A stretch of DNA of 64,000 nucleotides. Source: Octopus sinensis. Lineage: Eukaryota. The notes below the pieces were generated by a model. The model was not told the origin of the DNA and searched no databases. It saw only the letters and a list, made by a program, of their open reading frames with translations. Location: positions 9,548,001 through 9,612,000 of the forward strand of contig NC_043013.1 of the NCBI RefSeq assembly GCF_006345805.1. Reading direction: 5' to 3'. Positions 11,610 through 23,276 of the stretch are shown piece by piece. The translations under genes and the position numbers were made by a program. Numbering within the stretch: the stretch's first letter is position 1; every line of letters begins with the position of its first letter.

Positions 11610-12172
11610 TTGGGTTGTCCGGAAAGTTCCAATTTTTAAAGGAAAGAAAAAGGTCAATAAATACTTGCCATTACATTTTTAATCAACCAAATATGAACCA
11701 TTTTGTTGCACAATGCGTCTCCATCTTTCCTTTAACTTGAAAATAACCTCTTCCCAGAACTGAGGTGGTTTCATAGCAAAGAATTCATTAAGGTATCTTT
11801 TTACGTCATCCAAGGAACTGAAATTTTTACCATTAAGACTATTCTGCAGAGACCTGAATAAGGGGAAATCCGAAGGAGCAATATCTGATGACTATGGAGG
11901 GTGGGGGTAACACATCCCAGCCGAGCTGCAGCAATTTTCGTCTGGTTCCCAAAGCATCAAGTGCCGAAAATGAACTTTCTTATCTCCCATTTTAAAGGGT
12001 TACAGAATTAACACAGGTTATAGGAACATAAACCTTCTTCCACGAAAAGATAGCTTAAATTGTGCTCTAAATGGAGGTGTAGTCAAATCCTATTTTATGG
12101 ACTCAACCATGTTCTAAGATAAGTCGAAAGGTAAGGTACTATAAATCGGCACGAACTTTCCGGACAACCCAA
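11610..12172 (-). mobile_element. Internally deleted mariner (non-autonomous), TA target duplication
   Basis: TIRs ttgggttgtccggaaagtt / aactttccggacaacccaa with TA on both sides. Relic reads MGDKKVHFRHLMLW joined to TRRKLLQLGWDVLP..P(Y)S.DIAPSDF, the mariner YSPDLAP motif region. Confidence 0.92.
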
Positions 12173-12480
12173 TACATATAAATTGAGAGGATTCTCAAAA
12201 CACTTGTCGTTGTCCTCGTTCTTGTTTTGTTGCTGGCCAATCCTAAGAAGCAGACACCTGATAAAGAGCGTTCAAGTTATAACTATGCTGTCTCATCTTA
12301 AGCACACGGTGCCTCTAGGAATATATTACACTATGTACGTTTCCCATGGTAGGGTACGATGCTAGAGAAATTTGACCACTATTTTTAGGAGGTCGACCGG
12401 TCAAGTAGAAGCTCTGACGTCCGTTCACCATAAAACTTTATGTATAGTTGGCAAGAAGAATATTCTACATAATTCCACAG

Positions 12481-12536
12481 GTCATATATCTCTATATGAC
12501 CACGATGAAGGCGAAGCCTTAAGAAAACACTTATAA
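12481..12536 (+). CDS. Weak candidate phase-1 terminal exon (x)HISLYDHDEGEALRKHL*
   Basis: Acceptor ataattccacag; phase 1 is the longest open frame; short. Confidence 0.18.
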
Positions 12537-13431
12537 ATTCCACTTGGCTCCCACTTTCAGAACTGACAGAGTTGTCCCTGGTGGAGCAAATCTCTAATCA
12601 AAACATCACATTTGTATCTATTCTGTTTGTCTGTTTGTTTGTTTGTTTGGTTTTTGTGGGGTAGTGTACGGGGGCGGTTAGATACTACATTATTTGATAA
12701 ATAATGGACTACATTATTTCATAAATTTCGATTTTTGTTAAGATTTTAGCAAATCGATCGTCAACGTATAAAGAACATCATTGGCTTAAAGAATGTTCCT
12801 TGACTCATTAAGGATTTTTGCATTGGCACGTAATGGCTCATCTGTTGACTCATAAGTGCTCCATTCCTGCCTCATTAGTGTTTATTCGTTGCTTCAAGTA
12901 ATCATTTGTTGCTGCACTAAGTTCGAAAATGCCGTACCTATTTTCAGTTAGAGTCATATACCAATTTTACACTGAAAATAGTAGGACAGACACTGTTGAT
13001 CATTTGGTAAACTGACAATATGGCGTCTGCATTACGTAAGCTATGTCATAGTATACCATGTATTGTTTATAAAGGCACTCAACATCAATATATGAAATAC
13101 ATTAACCAGTTGCACAGTGAAAATATATTTAGTTCATGGTATGCTCAGCGTGATACACGATCTTGATCACTGGATTCAAATTCAAAGGCATTCAGAGTTA
13201 GGTTCGTTTACATGGTTCAGTCAGGAGATGATGTAGTGCCCATGACTTTCACAGGCACCGAGATTTGTGAAATTGGACGAATTTTAGTGAGATAATTGTG
13301 GGAAGTAATGAATTTCCTGAATATCGGCGCTCTTGTGGCGGGAATGAGGTAGAGTAATATCAGTGGTAGTTAGGACGTAACACATTATGAGTTACTATGA
13401 CATGTGCCAGGCGGTTTTTTTTTCTTTTTTT

Positions 13432-13629
13432 CAGTAGACCCGGGAGAAAATGGTGAACAATTTGCAAGTTTCTGAGAAATCGCTAACGCTTTTTGGAACG
13501 AAAGGAATTTTACAAAATACCATTAATCTCATATAATATAGGTACTTCTATTTATAAATTAATTAACCAGAAATTGAAAACAAACAGCAATTCTTGAAAA
13601 TTGTTTACTATTTTCTCCCGGGTCCACTG
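13432..13629. mobile_element. Foldback/MITE-like element with ~38-45 bp terminal inverted repeats
   Basis: cagtagacccgggagaaaatggtgaacaatttgcaag versus cttgaaaattgtttactattttctcccgggtccactg (4 mismatches), extended by flanking T and A runs. Confidence 0.75.
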
Positions 13630-13653
13630 AAAAAAAAACTGAGACTTATAATA

Positions 13654-13771
13654 AGCGTAGGAGTAGCTGTGGGGTAAGTAGATTGCTTACCAACCACATG
13701 GTTCCGAGTTCAGTCCCACTGCGTGGCACCTTGGGCAAGTGTCTTCTATTATAGCCTCGGGTCGACCATAT

Positions 13772-13833
<62 letters not shown>

Positions 13834-14209
13834 TGTATGTATGTATGTATGTATTATGTATGTATTATGTACCTTGGGCAAGTGTCTTCTACTATAACCT
13901 TGGGCCGACCAAAGACTTGTGAGTGGATTTGGTAGACGGAAACTGAAAGAAGCCCGTCGTATATATATATGTGTGTGTATATGTTTGTGTGTCTGCGTTT
14001 GCCCCTCCCCCAACATTGATTGACAGCCGATACTGGTGTGTTTACGTCCCTGTAACATTAGCGGTTCGGCAAAAGAGACCGATAGAATAAGTGCTAGGCT
14101 TACAAAGAATAAGTCCTGGGGGTCAATTTGCTCGACTAAAGGCGGTGCTCCAGCATGGCCACAGTCAAATGACTGAAACAAGTAAAAGAGTAAAAGAGTC
14201 AAAAGAGTA
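13654..14209 (+). mobile_element. SINE family B with an internal partial duplication
   Basis: Full B layout. The segment accttgggcaagtgtcttcta...gacca occurs twice, around a (TA)n(TATG)n tract. Confidence 0.9.
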
Positions 14210-14211
14210 CC

Positions 14212-14288
14212 TCATCCTTTCGGTTTAAAATTAGCACCACATGAAATCGACTTAACCACTCCCTGAAATTGCCGACCTTGCGCCAAAA

Positions 14289-14358
<70 letters not shown>

Positions 14359-14590
14359 TATTATTATTATTAACCGTGAGCGCGCTGGCACCCCTTCTGC
14401 TTTCAGAGAGAATGCCGATGTACACTTCACTTCTATCTTTTCGAGGTCGATGTACACCACCGATGTACACTTCACTTCTATCTTTTCGAGGTTGATGAAA
14501 TAAGTACCAGTTTAGCACTAGGATCGATGTAATCGACTTACACCAAAATTCCAGGTCTTCTGCCAAAATTTAAAACCATTATTATTATTT
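14212..14590. mobile_element. Two SINE C fragments in opposite orientation around (ATT)n
   Basis: 14212-14290 is minus and 14375-14590 is plus. A 31-nt unit gatgtacacttcacttctatcttttcgaggt is tandemly duplicated. Confidence 0.65.
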
Positions 14591-14830
14591 TAAAGTTCCA
14601 TATTTGATATTTTCATTAAGTTTTTGTCATTTTTTCTGCAGTAATCCCAAGAGCAGGCTATAAAAATAACAATCAATAAGAAAATTTAACAAAACGTATA
14701 CAATAAGAAGACTAACAATAACGCTTTACAATAAGCCCCACCAACAACCACCAGCACCGCCACTGAAGCAACAAAAAAACCACAAGAACAACAAGCAATA
14801 ATAATGATGTTATGTTTATGACATATTCAG

Positions 14831-14986
14831 ATGTGATAAACGGAAATGTCGCCCAAGAATATCTACGAATTATAGTCGATCTTGAATGTTCCAATGAAAT
14901 AGCAATGACTGTTAAGTGGATTAGATTTATGCTTTTGTGTTCATTCGGAAATCATCCAGTTTTGGCAGACGATAAACATCTACATG
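14831..14986 (+). CDS. Candidate internal exon, phase 1-1, 156 nt: (x)VINGNVAQEYLRIIVDLECSNEIAMTVKWIRFMLLCSFGNHPVLADDKHLH
   Basis: Acceptor atattcag, donor CATG|GTGAGA, open and frame-symmetric. No homologue recognised. Confidence 0.25.
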
Positions 14987-15309
14987 GTGAGAAGTTGACA
15001 ATGCTGCCCCCCACCCCTCCATCACCGTCGTCTTATCGCCGTTTGGGTCTCTGAAGGATCTTATGCTAAAATTAAACTTCTTTTTTTTTTTTTGGTATTT
15101 ATTATATACGCTCATTGCCACACAGATACATACATATATACACACGCGCACGTACACACACGTTCATACACACACTCGTGAACACATAAGCACACACCAG
15201 AATGAGAGTGACAGAGGGGAAAAGGAAGGGAGGTAACAAGAGTTGGGTTCATGAAAATATCGTCAAGTATGTAATTCTTTTACTCTTTTTCATTCTCCTC
15301 TATCTCTCC

Positions 15310-15737
15310 TCCAACACACAAACACAAACACACACACACACACACACACATAAATACATACACAGATATACATATGTATATATATATATAATATATATGA
15401 TATTATATATATATATATATATATATGATATATAGATAGATAGATAATATCTATATATATATATAGACATATACATACATACATATATATATATATATGT
15501 ATATATGTATATATATATATTGTATATGTTTATATATATATACATACTTATATACATTATATATGTATATATATATAAGTATGTATATATATAAACATAT
15601 ACATATATATATATATATAAAATATTATACATATATATATATTGTATGTATATGTTTATATATATATACATACTTATATACATATATATATATATATATA
15701 TTTATGTATATGTTTATAACATATACATACATATATA

Positions 15738-15809
<72 letters not shown>

Positions 15810-15818
15810 ATATATATA

Positions 15819-15865
<47 letters not shown>

Positions 15866-16110
15866 TACTTATAACGAACTAATATTCCGCAAGTGTGATA
15901 TATATATACATATACACGTGATTTATCTATATTTCCATATGTATGCATATGTTATCTGTGTATGTATTTGTGTGTGTTTGTGTTGTATATACATATACAT
16001 ACATATATATATATACATTCATACACACATCATACATACATGTATATATATATATATGTGTGTGCATGTGTGTGCATACGTGCGTATGTGTATGCGTGTG
16101 TATTGACAAT
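15310..16110. repeat. ~800-bp compound (CA)n/(TA)n/(TATG)n microsatellite field
   Basis: Seen directly; source of many spurious YIYI ORFs. Confidence 0.95.
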
Positions 16111-16515
16111 AGATATCAATGTATGTCGAAAATAATATATATGGTACTGTAAAAATTCCTGAAAACCTGACAACCTGCCAAACCGAGGCACACTATTATA
16201 TCTGTCTCTCTCTCTAGTTAAGCATATATATAATAATAAAATGGCCGATGATGTAAAACCTCCTGCCAAAAGAAATGAAAAACACAAGCATGGCCGACGT
16301 TTTTATCTCTCTTTTCACTTATGTTTGCGGTATGCGTTGCATGTTTGTGTACGTGTGTGTGTGTGTGTGCCTGTGTATGTGATTAAACATGATCGTTTTG
16401 CAAACGTAAGGTTTCGGGTTCAGCCCTATTCCGCGTCACTTTCTACTATAGCTGCGTGCTGGTCGATGCCTTGTGAGTAAATCTGCTAGACAGAAACTGT
16501 GTGGAAGCCCGCAGC

Positions 16516-16561
<46 letters not shown>

Positions 16562-16811
16562 GTGCGCGTGTGTGTTTGTATCTGTGTATATATACTCCCA
16601 TCAATTAAAAAGTTCTTAAAAGGACTTGGGGTTGGATCAGTTACACACTAAGACATCAAGACATACACGCACATTCGCACACACACACACATACACACTC
16701 ACTCACGCACACACACGCTCACACAAAAATACACTCATTCACACACACACCCACACATAACAAAATAGGTAATTGGAAAATAGCTTTTCTATCATTTATT
16801 CACTATTATAC

Positions 16812-17188
16812 ATACTCTTTCACTCTTTTACTGTTTCAGTCATTTGACTACGGCCATGCTGAAGCACCGCTTTTAGTCGAGCAAATCGACCCCAGGACTT
16901 ATTCTTTGTAAGCCTAGTACTTATTCTATGGGTCTTTTGCCAAATCGCTAAGTTACGGGGACGTAAATACACCAGCATCGGTTGTCAAACGATATAGGGG
17001 GGACAACCACAAACACACAAACATACACACACACGGGCTTCTTTCAGTTTCCGTCTACCAAATCCACTCAGAAGTCTTTGGTCGGCCCGATGATATAGTA
17101 GAAAACACTTGCCCAAGGTGCCACGCAATGGGATTGAACCCGGAACCATGAGGTTCGTAAGCAAGCTACTTACCACACAACCACTCCT
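16812..17188 (-). mobile_element. SINE family B
   Basis: Reverse complement matches the copies at 19304 and 20757 over head, core and tail. Confidence 0.9.
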
Positions 17189-17405
17189 AGGAGTTACAAT
17201 GTTGTTCATCTTGGATAAAGATATAAGAAATTTCCCAATAGAAATTCTTCTGAGGATCAAACAACACAAGATTTACATTTGGAAGAAGCGCTTATATATA
17301 GGCAGTAAGCAGGAGTTGTATAGATATCTTGGAGGAAAGAATAAAGAGCTAATCAAGTAACAAATAGAAGGGAAAGTGAGAGTTTGATTTATAAATATAT
17401 CCGTA

Positions 17406-17444
<39 letters not shown>

Positions 17445-17474
17445 TTACCCCCCCCACACCCACACACACACACA

Positions 17475-18493
17475 CATGGCCTCCAGACGATTTCGGAACC
17501 CCTGCAACTCTTCTGGGCGGTCTCCTTCTTTAATTTGGTGAATGCTCCCAATAATCCTTGCCTTCAGTTCATCTTTGCTGTTACGAGGAATTTTGTTGTT
17601 TTCTCACTCAGCTGCGCCCCACACATTATAATCAAGGGGATTGCAGTGTGGGGAGTTAGCCGGCCAGATTTAGACATGATCTGGTCGCAGAAATTGTCTG
17701 ACAGCCATGAATGGGTTCTCCTGCTTGTGTGGTATGCTGCAGAGTACTGTTGCCAGACAGAGGGTCTTTCAGCAGCCACCCTCCTGACCCAGGGCAGCAC
17801 TGTCTCCTCCAGGCACTTGATGTACACCTCCATGTTGAGTTTGAGGCTGTGTGGGAAGATAAATGGTAGCATAATGCCGCCACCACTAGTGATCGCTGCA
17901 AACACCATGATGTTGACTGTATGTTTGATTTTTATCACTCTCGATACATATTTTAGCGACACGGCAAACCAACAGTCGTTCTGTGTTCATCATCTAATCC
18001 TGGTAAAAAATTTTCTCGTCTAAGAAAAACCAAAGCATAGTCGGTTGGAGGAGATACTTGAGTTTGTTCAAAAGCTTCGAAAAGCGGTCTTTTCTCTTGT
18101 CCTTCATGTCTTGGGATAAAAATTCACTCTTTCTTATCCTGTATGTGGAATACCGAATATCTTCATGCACCATCGGCCTGATAAGAAACTCAGAGACCCC
18201 CATGTCCCTGGAGATAGCCCTGACTGAGTTGGATGGATCGTTGTCAGTCATGGCCTGGGTGTCACCAATAAATTCAGTTGTTCTTTTCTTATCAGAACGA
18301 TCAGGGTGAGTTTTACTTTCTGAGCTGCCGTACCTTCGTAATCACTTCTAAACTCATTCAGCTCTTTCCGAATCCTGTGCTCTGTCCTCGGATTAACAGC
18401 CAAACACTCTGAAATGTTCGTATAGAAGATTCTGGCTCGAATGCCGAGCAGTATATGACGTTTCCAAATTTCTGGCATAGTGAATTGCGTCAT
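17475..18493 (-). pseudogene. Degraded DD37D (maT/Bmmar1-like) transposase
   Basis: Frames give WFFLDEK (D1), WQQ[Y for D]S (D2) and WPPNSP.CNPLDY.VWG (D3), with 37 residues between D2 and D3 after repairing one frameshift; N-terminal HTH-like AISRDMGVSEFLIR. TIRs not found. Confidence 0.85.
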
Positions 18494-18639
18494 GTATATA
18501 TAATATATATATAATTAAATAGGGAAAAACAATTGACAATCTTACTGGGTGACCATAAATTATCTTTCACAATTGGTGGGTTCCATTGGTTGCTAATAAT
18601 TTATTCTCAGATCTTAAACCTTTACTCATTTTGATGAGC

Positions 18640-18860
18640 CTGGAAAAATCCCATTTACCCTGTGGTATAAACGACCGCATGCCTTTCAGCAGAATGACAG
18701 CCCTTTGCTACCCTCAACGATTGCTGCTACACATTTTCAGTGGAGTAAACTGCAACAGAGAGAAATGAAATATCTTGCTCACGAACACAATACCTTGTGC
18801 CGTCTTTAAATCGAAATCACAACCTTACGAACGCACTAACCCCAAGGCCACGAGCCATTT
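18640..18860 (-). mobile_element. Highly diverged family A-like SINE
   Basis: cagtggagtaaactgcaacagagagaaatgaaatatcttgctcacgaacacaa matches the antisense A body. Confidence 0.55.
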
Positions 18861-18919
18861 CAAATATTCACTAAAACACCAAGCAACGACGATGATAATA
18901 ATGAGGTTCTTTTATGGTT

Positions 18920-19280
18920 TTATTCCTTTACATATTTCAGTCATTGGACTTTGGCCATGCCGGAGCACAGACTCAAAGAGTTTAGAAAACCGACCCCAAT
19001 GCATATTTCATATCCTTTAAGTCCTTAATTGTTTAATCGCTTCTTTTTTGTCGACTCGCTAACTCGCGGGGACTGAATGAAGCTGATACCAGTTGTCAAA
19101 CGTTGGTGGGTGTTGGAGAGAAAGACCATCACAAAGACGGACAACTCCATATATGTTTATGTATGTATGGGGGTATGTACTTGAGTGTGCGTATGTATGT
19201 TTGAGTCTATATACATGCGTGTGCCGAACTAACCCAGCAAAACCCAAAACACACACATACATGCATACGTACTGCGCCTA
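18920..19280 (-). mobile_element. Diverged, internally deleted SINE B, head-to-head with the next copy
   Basis: Antisense tail catatttcagtcattggact and head actgcgccta; separated from the 19304 copy by (TA)n. Confidence 0.65.
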
Positions 19281-19303
19281 TATATATATATATATATATA
19301 TAT

Positions 19304-19715
19304 AGGCGCAGGAGTGGCTTGCTAAGTAGCTTGCTAACCAACCACATGGTTCCGGGTTCAGTCCCACTGCGTGGCATCTTGGGCAAGTGTCTTCTGCTAT
19401 AGCCCCGGGCCGACCAATGCCTTGTGAGTCGATTTGGTAGACGGAGTCTGAAAGAAGCCTGTCGTATATATGTATATGTATGTATGTATGTATGTGTGTG
19501 TATGTGTTTGTGTGTCTGTGTTTGTCCCCCTAGCATTGCTTGACAACCGATGCTGGTGTGTTTACGTCCCCGTCGCTTAGCGGTTCGGCATAAGAGACCG
19601 ATAGAATAAGTACTGGGCTTACAAAGAATAAGTTCCGGGGTCGAGTTGCCCGACTAAAGGCGGTGCTCCAGCATGGCCGCAGTCAAATGACTGAAACAAA
19701 TAAAAGAGTAAAAGA

Positions 19716-19717
<2 letters not shown>
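19304..19717 (+). mobile_element. SINE family B, near full length
   Basis: tRNA-like head ggcgcaggagtggc...ggttccgggttcagtcccactg, core cttgggcaagtgtcttct, internal microsatellite, tail cagtcaaatgactgaaac...aaaagagtaaaagag. Confidence 0.95.
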
Positions 19718-19755
<38 letters not shown>

Positions 19756-19780
19756 GTATGTATGTATGTATGTATGTATG

Positions 19781-19811
<31 letters not shown>

Positions 19812-20006
19812 GCAACATAACTGAGATTCAGATGAATTAGGTACTTAAGTTGAGGCACCAAAAATTAGCGCGGAATTATCCGTTCAGTTTCAAAATAAGG
19901 TGAATAAAATCAAAATAAGCAACAGGATATCCAGAGGTGATGCAGTACGATCGTTTCAAGTGACTCCATTTAATGAACAATACAATCATTACATCAATTT
20001 AAATGC

Positions 20007-20066
<60 letters not shown>

Positions 20067-20493
20067 CTATACATATATATATATATGTAAATATATATCG
20101 TACATAAGACAACTTCAGTCAGAGTTTCTGCATTCTTAAATTTTGCTGCGCTTTCTCCATCTCAAAACACTTTTGTTTTTCGTGTCACACATCTAGGGGT
20201 CTACCCACTCTGCGCTGGATTAACCATTATGCAAAATAAGTACGTGCTTAAGGCATAAAAGGAATGATGGGATCGCAGAAATGGTATATGGTTCACGGTA
20301 CAAAAGAAATCACTTGAAACTTGCTAGCATAGTATTCAAAGTTGTTTGTATGATCCGAAATATAAATTCCAAGTGTTCATGGTTTCATAATGAGGATCTG
20401 ATCAAAGACTTTGCAATTAAGAACAGCAGAATTTTTTTAAAAACTTATTTAAAGTGGAAGTGCCAAAAGATAAACATGATTCTCCATCTTACT

Positions 20494-20690
20494 AAGGCGC
20501 CGAGCTGGCAGAATCAAAAGTCGCCGGGTTAAATGCTTAGTGACATAGCGGTCTTTACGTTCTCAGTTCAAATTCCACCGAGGTCGACTCTGCCTTTCGT
20601 CCATTCGGGTCGATACATTGAATACCAGTGAAACATTGGGGTCAATATAATCGACCAAAAAATTGCAGACCTTGAGCTTAAACTAGAAAG
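20494..20690 (+). mobile_element. SINE family C
   Basis: aaggcgccgagctggcagaatc...gttcaaattccaccgaggtcgactctgcctttcgtcc. Confidence 0.8.
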
Positions 20691-20756
20691 GTTTATTTTC
20701 CATCTTACTGTTAGGTTTGAAACGTAAAATATTATTTTATAATTTATTGTTGCTTA

Positions 20757-21178
20757 GGTGTAGGAGTGGCTGTGTGGTAAGTAGCTTGCTTACCAACTAC
20801 ATGGTTTCGGGTTCCAGCCCCACTGCGTGGCACCTTGGGTAAGTGTCTTCTACTATAGCCTCGGGCCGACCAAAACCTTGTGAGTGGATTTGGTTGACGA
20901 AAACTGAAAGAAGCCCGTCATATATATGTATATATATATGTGTGTGTATGCAAGTGTGTGCGTGTGTGTTTGTGTATCTGTGTTTGTCCCCACCTCCAAC
21001 ATCGCTTGACAACCGATGCTGGTGTGTTTACGTCCCCGTAACTTAGCGGTTCGGCAAAACCGATAGAATAAGTACTAGGCTTACAAGGAATAAGTCCTGG
21101 GGTCGATTTGCTCGACTAAAGGCGGTGCTCCAGCATGGCCACAGTCAAATGACTGTAACAAGTAAAAGAGTAAAAGAG
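20757..21178 (+). mobile_element. SINE family B, full length
   Basis: Collinear with the 19304 copy. Confidence 0.95.
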
Positions 21179-21639
21179 TTTATATCTTAAATTACGTATA
21201 TATGGAGGCACCAAAATCTTCTAAGTGCTTAAGGCCTCAATGGCACTTAATCCGGCCCTGGTTCGACCAATAGATTGCGATAACATAAATAATAAATTAA
21301 AATATACACCCTTGAAAATAAAGGTTCAGTATGGCTGCCGTCCAATGATCGAAACACGAAGGCGAATAAGTAGTGGAGTGTGTAAAAGATGGCCGTGTGT
21401 ATTTTCTGCATCCGTGTGTACCTACACATACATACTGACATATTTATGAGGACAACGTTTTCATATGTTGTATATATTGTTATTGTTATTGCTATTGTCG
21501 TTGTTGTTGGTGGTGGTGTCGGTGGTGAAGATGTCTGTTTCTTTGCGGGCGCGCGCATGTATGATAGGGCTTTAATTTCTGCCGTGTGTGTGAATGTACA
21601 TACGAATCAATGTTGTATGTGTGTAGCGTTTGTTTCATG

Positions 21640-22230
<591 letters not shown>

Positions 22231-22439
22231 TCTATGTGTGAAGCAGCTGAATGGATAGCTCACTAAACCCCAACAAGCTCCCTGATTGGCTCCCTACTCT
22301 TAAATCTACATAGACACACCCCCGCCACTTTATTGCTGATATGGCCAGCTTCCCCTTCTCTTATCAACTATCATGATTTGTGTGCGCGAAAGGGGTTTTC
22401 TTTTTTTCACTCTGGTTTTCTTGCCATGATTTAATTATG

Positions 22440-22678
22440 TATTTGTTATATACATGTTGTTGTAGGAAGTGATGATGCTGCTGTTGTTGTTATTGTTGTT
22501 CTTATCAACGTTGCTGTTGTTTTCTTCTTCATATTTGTTGTAATTGTTCTGGTTGTTGTTGTTGTTGCTGTTGTTGTTGTTATTAGATTTATCACGTAGT
22601 TTTGACAAGCGGCGATCTGCGATCCGGAAAATGAGATCTAAACTATAAGAATGACAGAGATTATAGTGTATGTGCCCG

Positions 22679-22716
<38 letters not shown>

Positions 22717-22741
22717 CATCATCATCATCATCATCATCAAT

Positions 22742-22775
<34 letters not shown>

Positions 22776-22776
22776 A

Positions 22777-22812
<36 letters not shown>

Positions 22813-22840
22813 AATCATCATCATCATCATCATTATTAGT
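22440..22840. repeat. Trinucleotide mosaic (GTT)n, (ATT)n, (CAT)n
   Basis: Seen directly. Confidence 0.9.
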
Positions 22841-22846
22841 AGTAGT

Positions 22847-23058
22847 AAGGCAGAATCGTTAGCACGCTGGACGAAAATGCTTAGCGGTATTTCACCCGTC
22901 GCTATGTTCTGAGTTCTAATTCCACCGAGGTCGACATTGCTTTCATCCTTTCGGGGTCAATAAATTTAGTACCAGTGAAACACTTGAGTCGATGTAACCG
23001 ACTAACTCCCTCCACCAAAATTTCGTGCCCATAACAAAAAGGATTATTATTATTATTA

Positions 23059-23096
<38 letters not shown>

Positions 23097-23220
23097 TATT
23101 ATTATTAAGACGGCTGGTAGAAACGTTATCTAGCCGGGCGAAATGCTGAGCGGTATTTCGTCTGCTGCTACGTTCTGAGTTCAAATTCCGCCGCCGTCGA
23201 CTTTGCCTCCAGTAGAAAGG

Positions 23221-23276
<56 letters not shown>

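Noticed and set aside
16241-16310. MADDVKPPAKR as an NLS-bearing protein start
   Set aside because: Runs into microsatellite within ~35 codons; no donor site or domain.
19304-19375. tRNA genes at SINE heads
   Set aside because: A/B-box-like motifs are present, but they run into SINE bodies and I could not fold a full cloverleaf.
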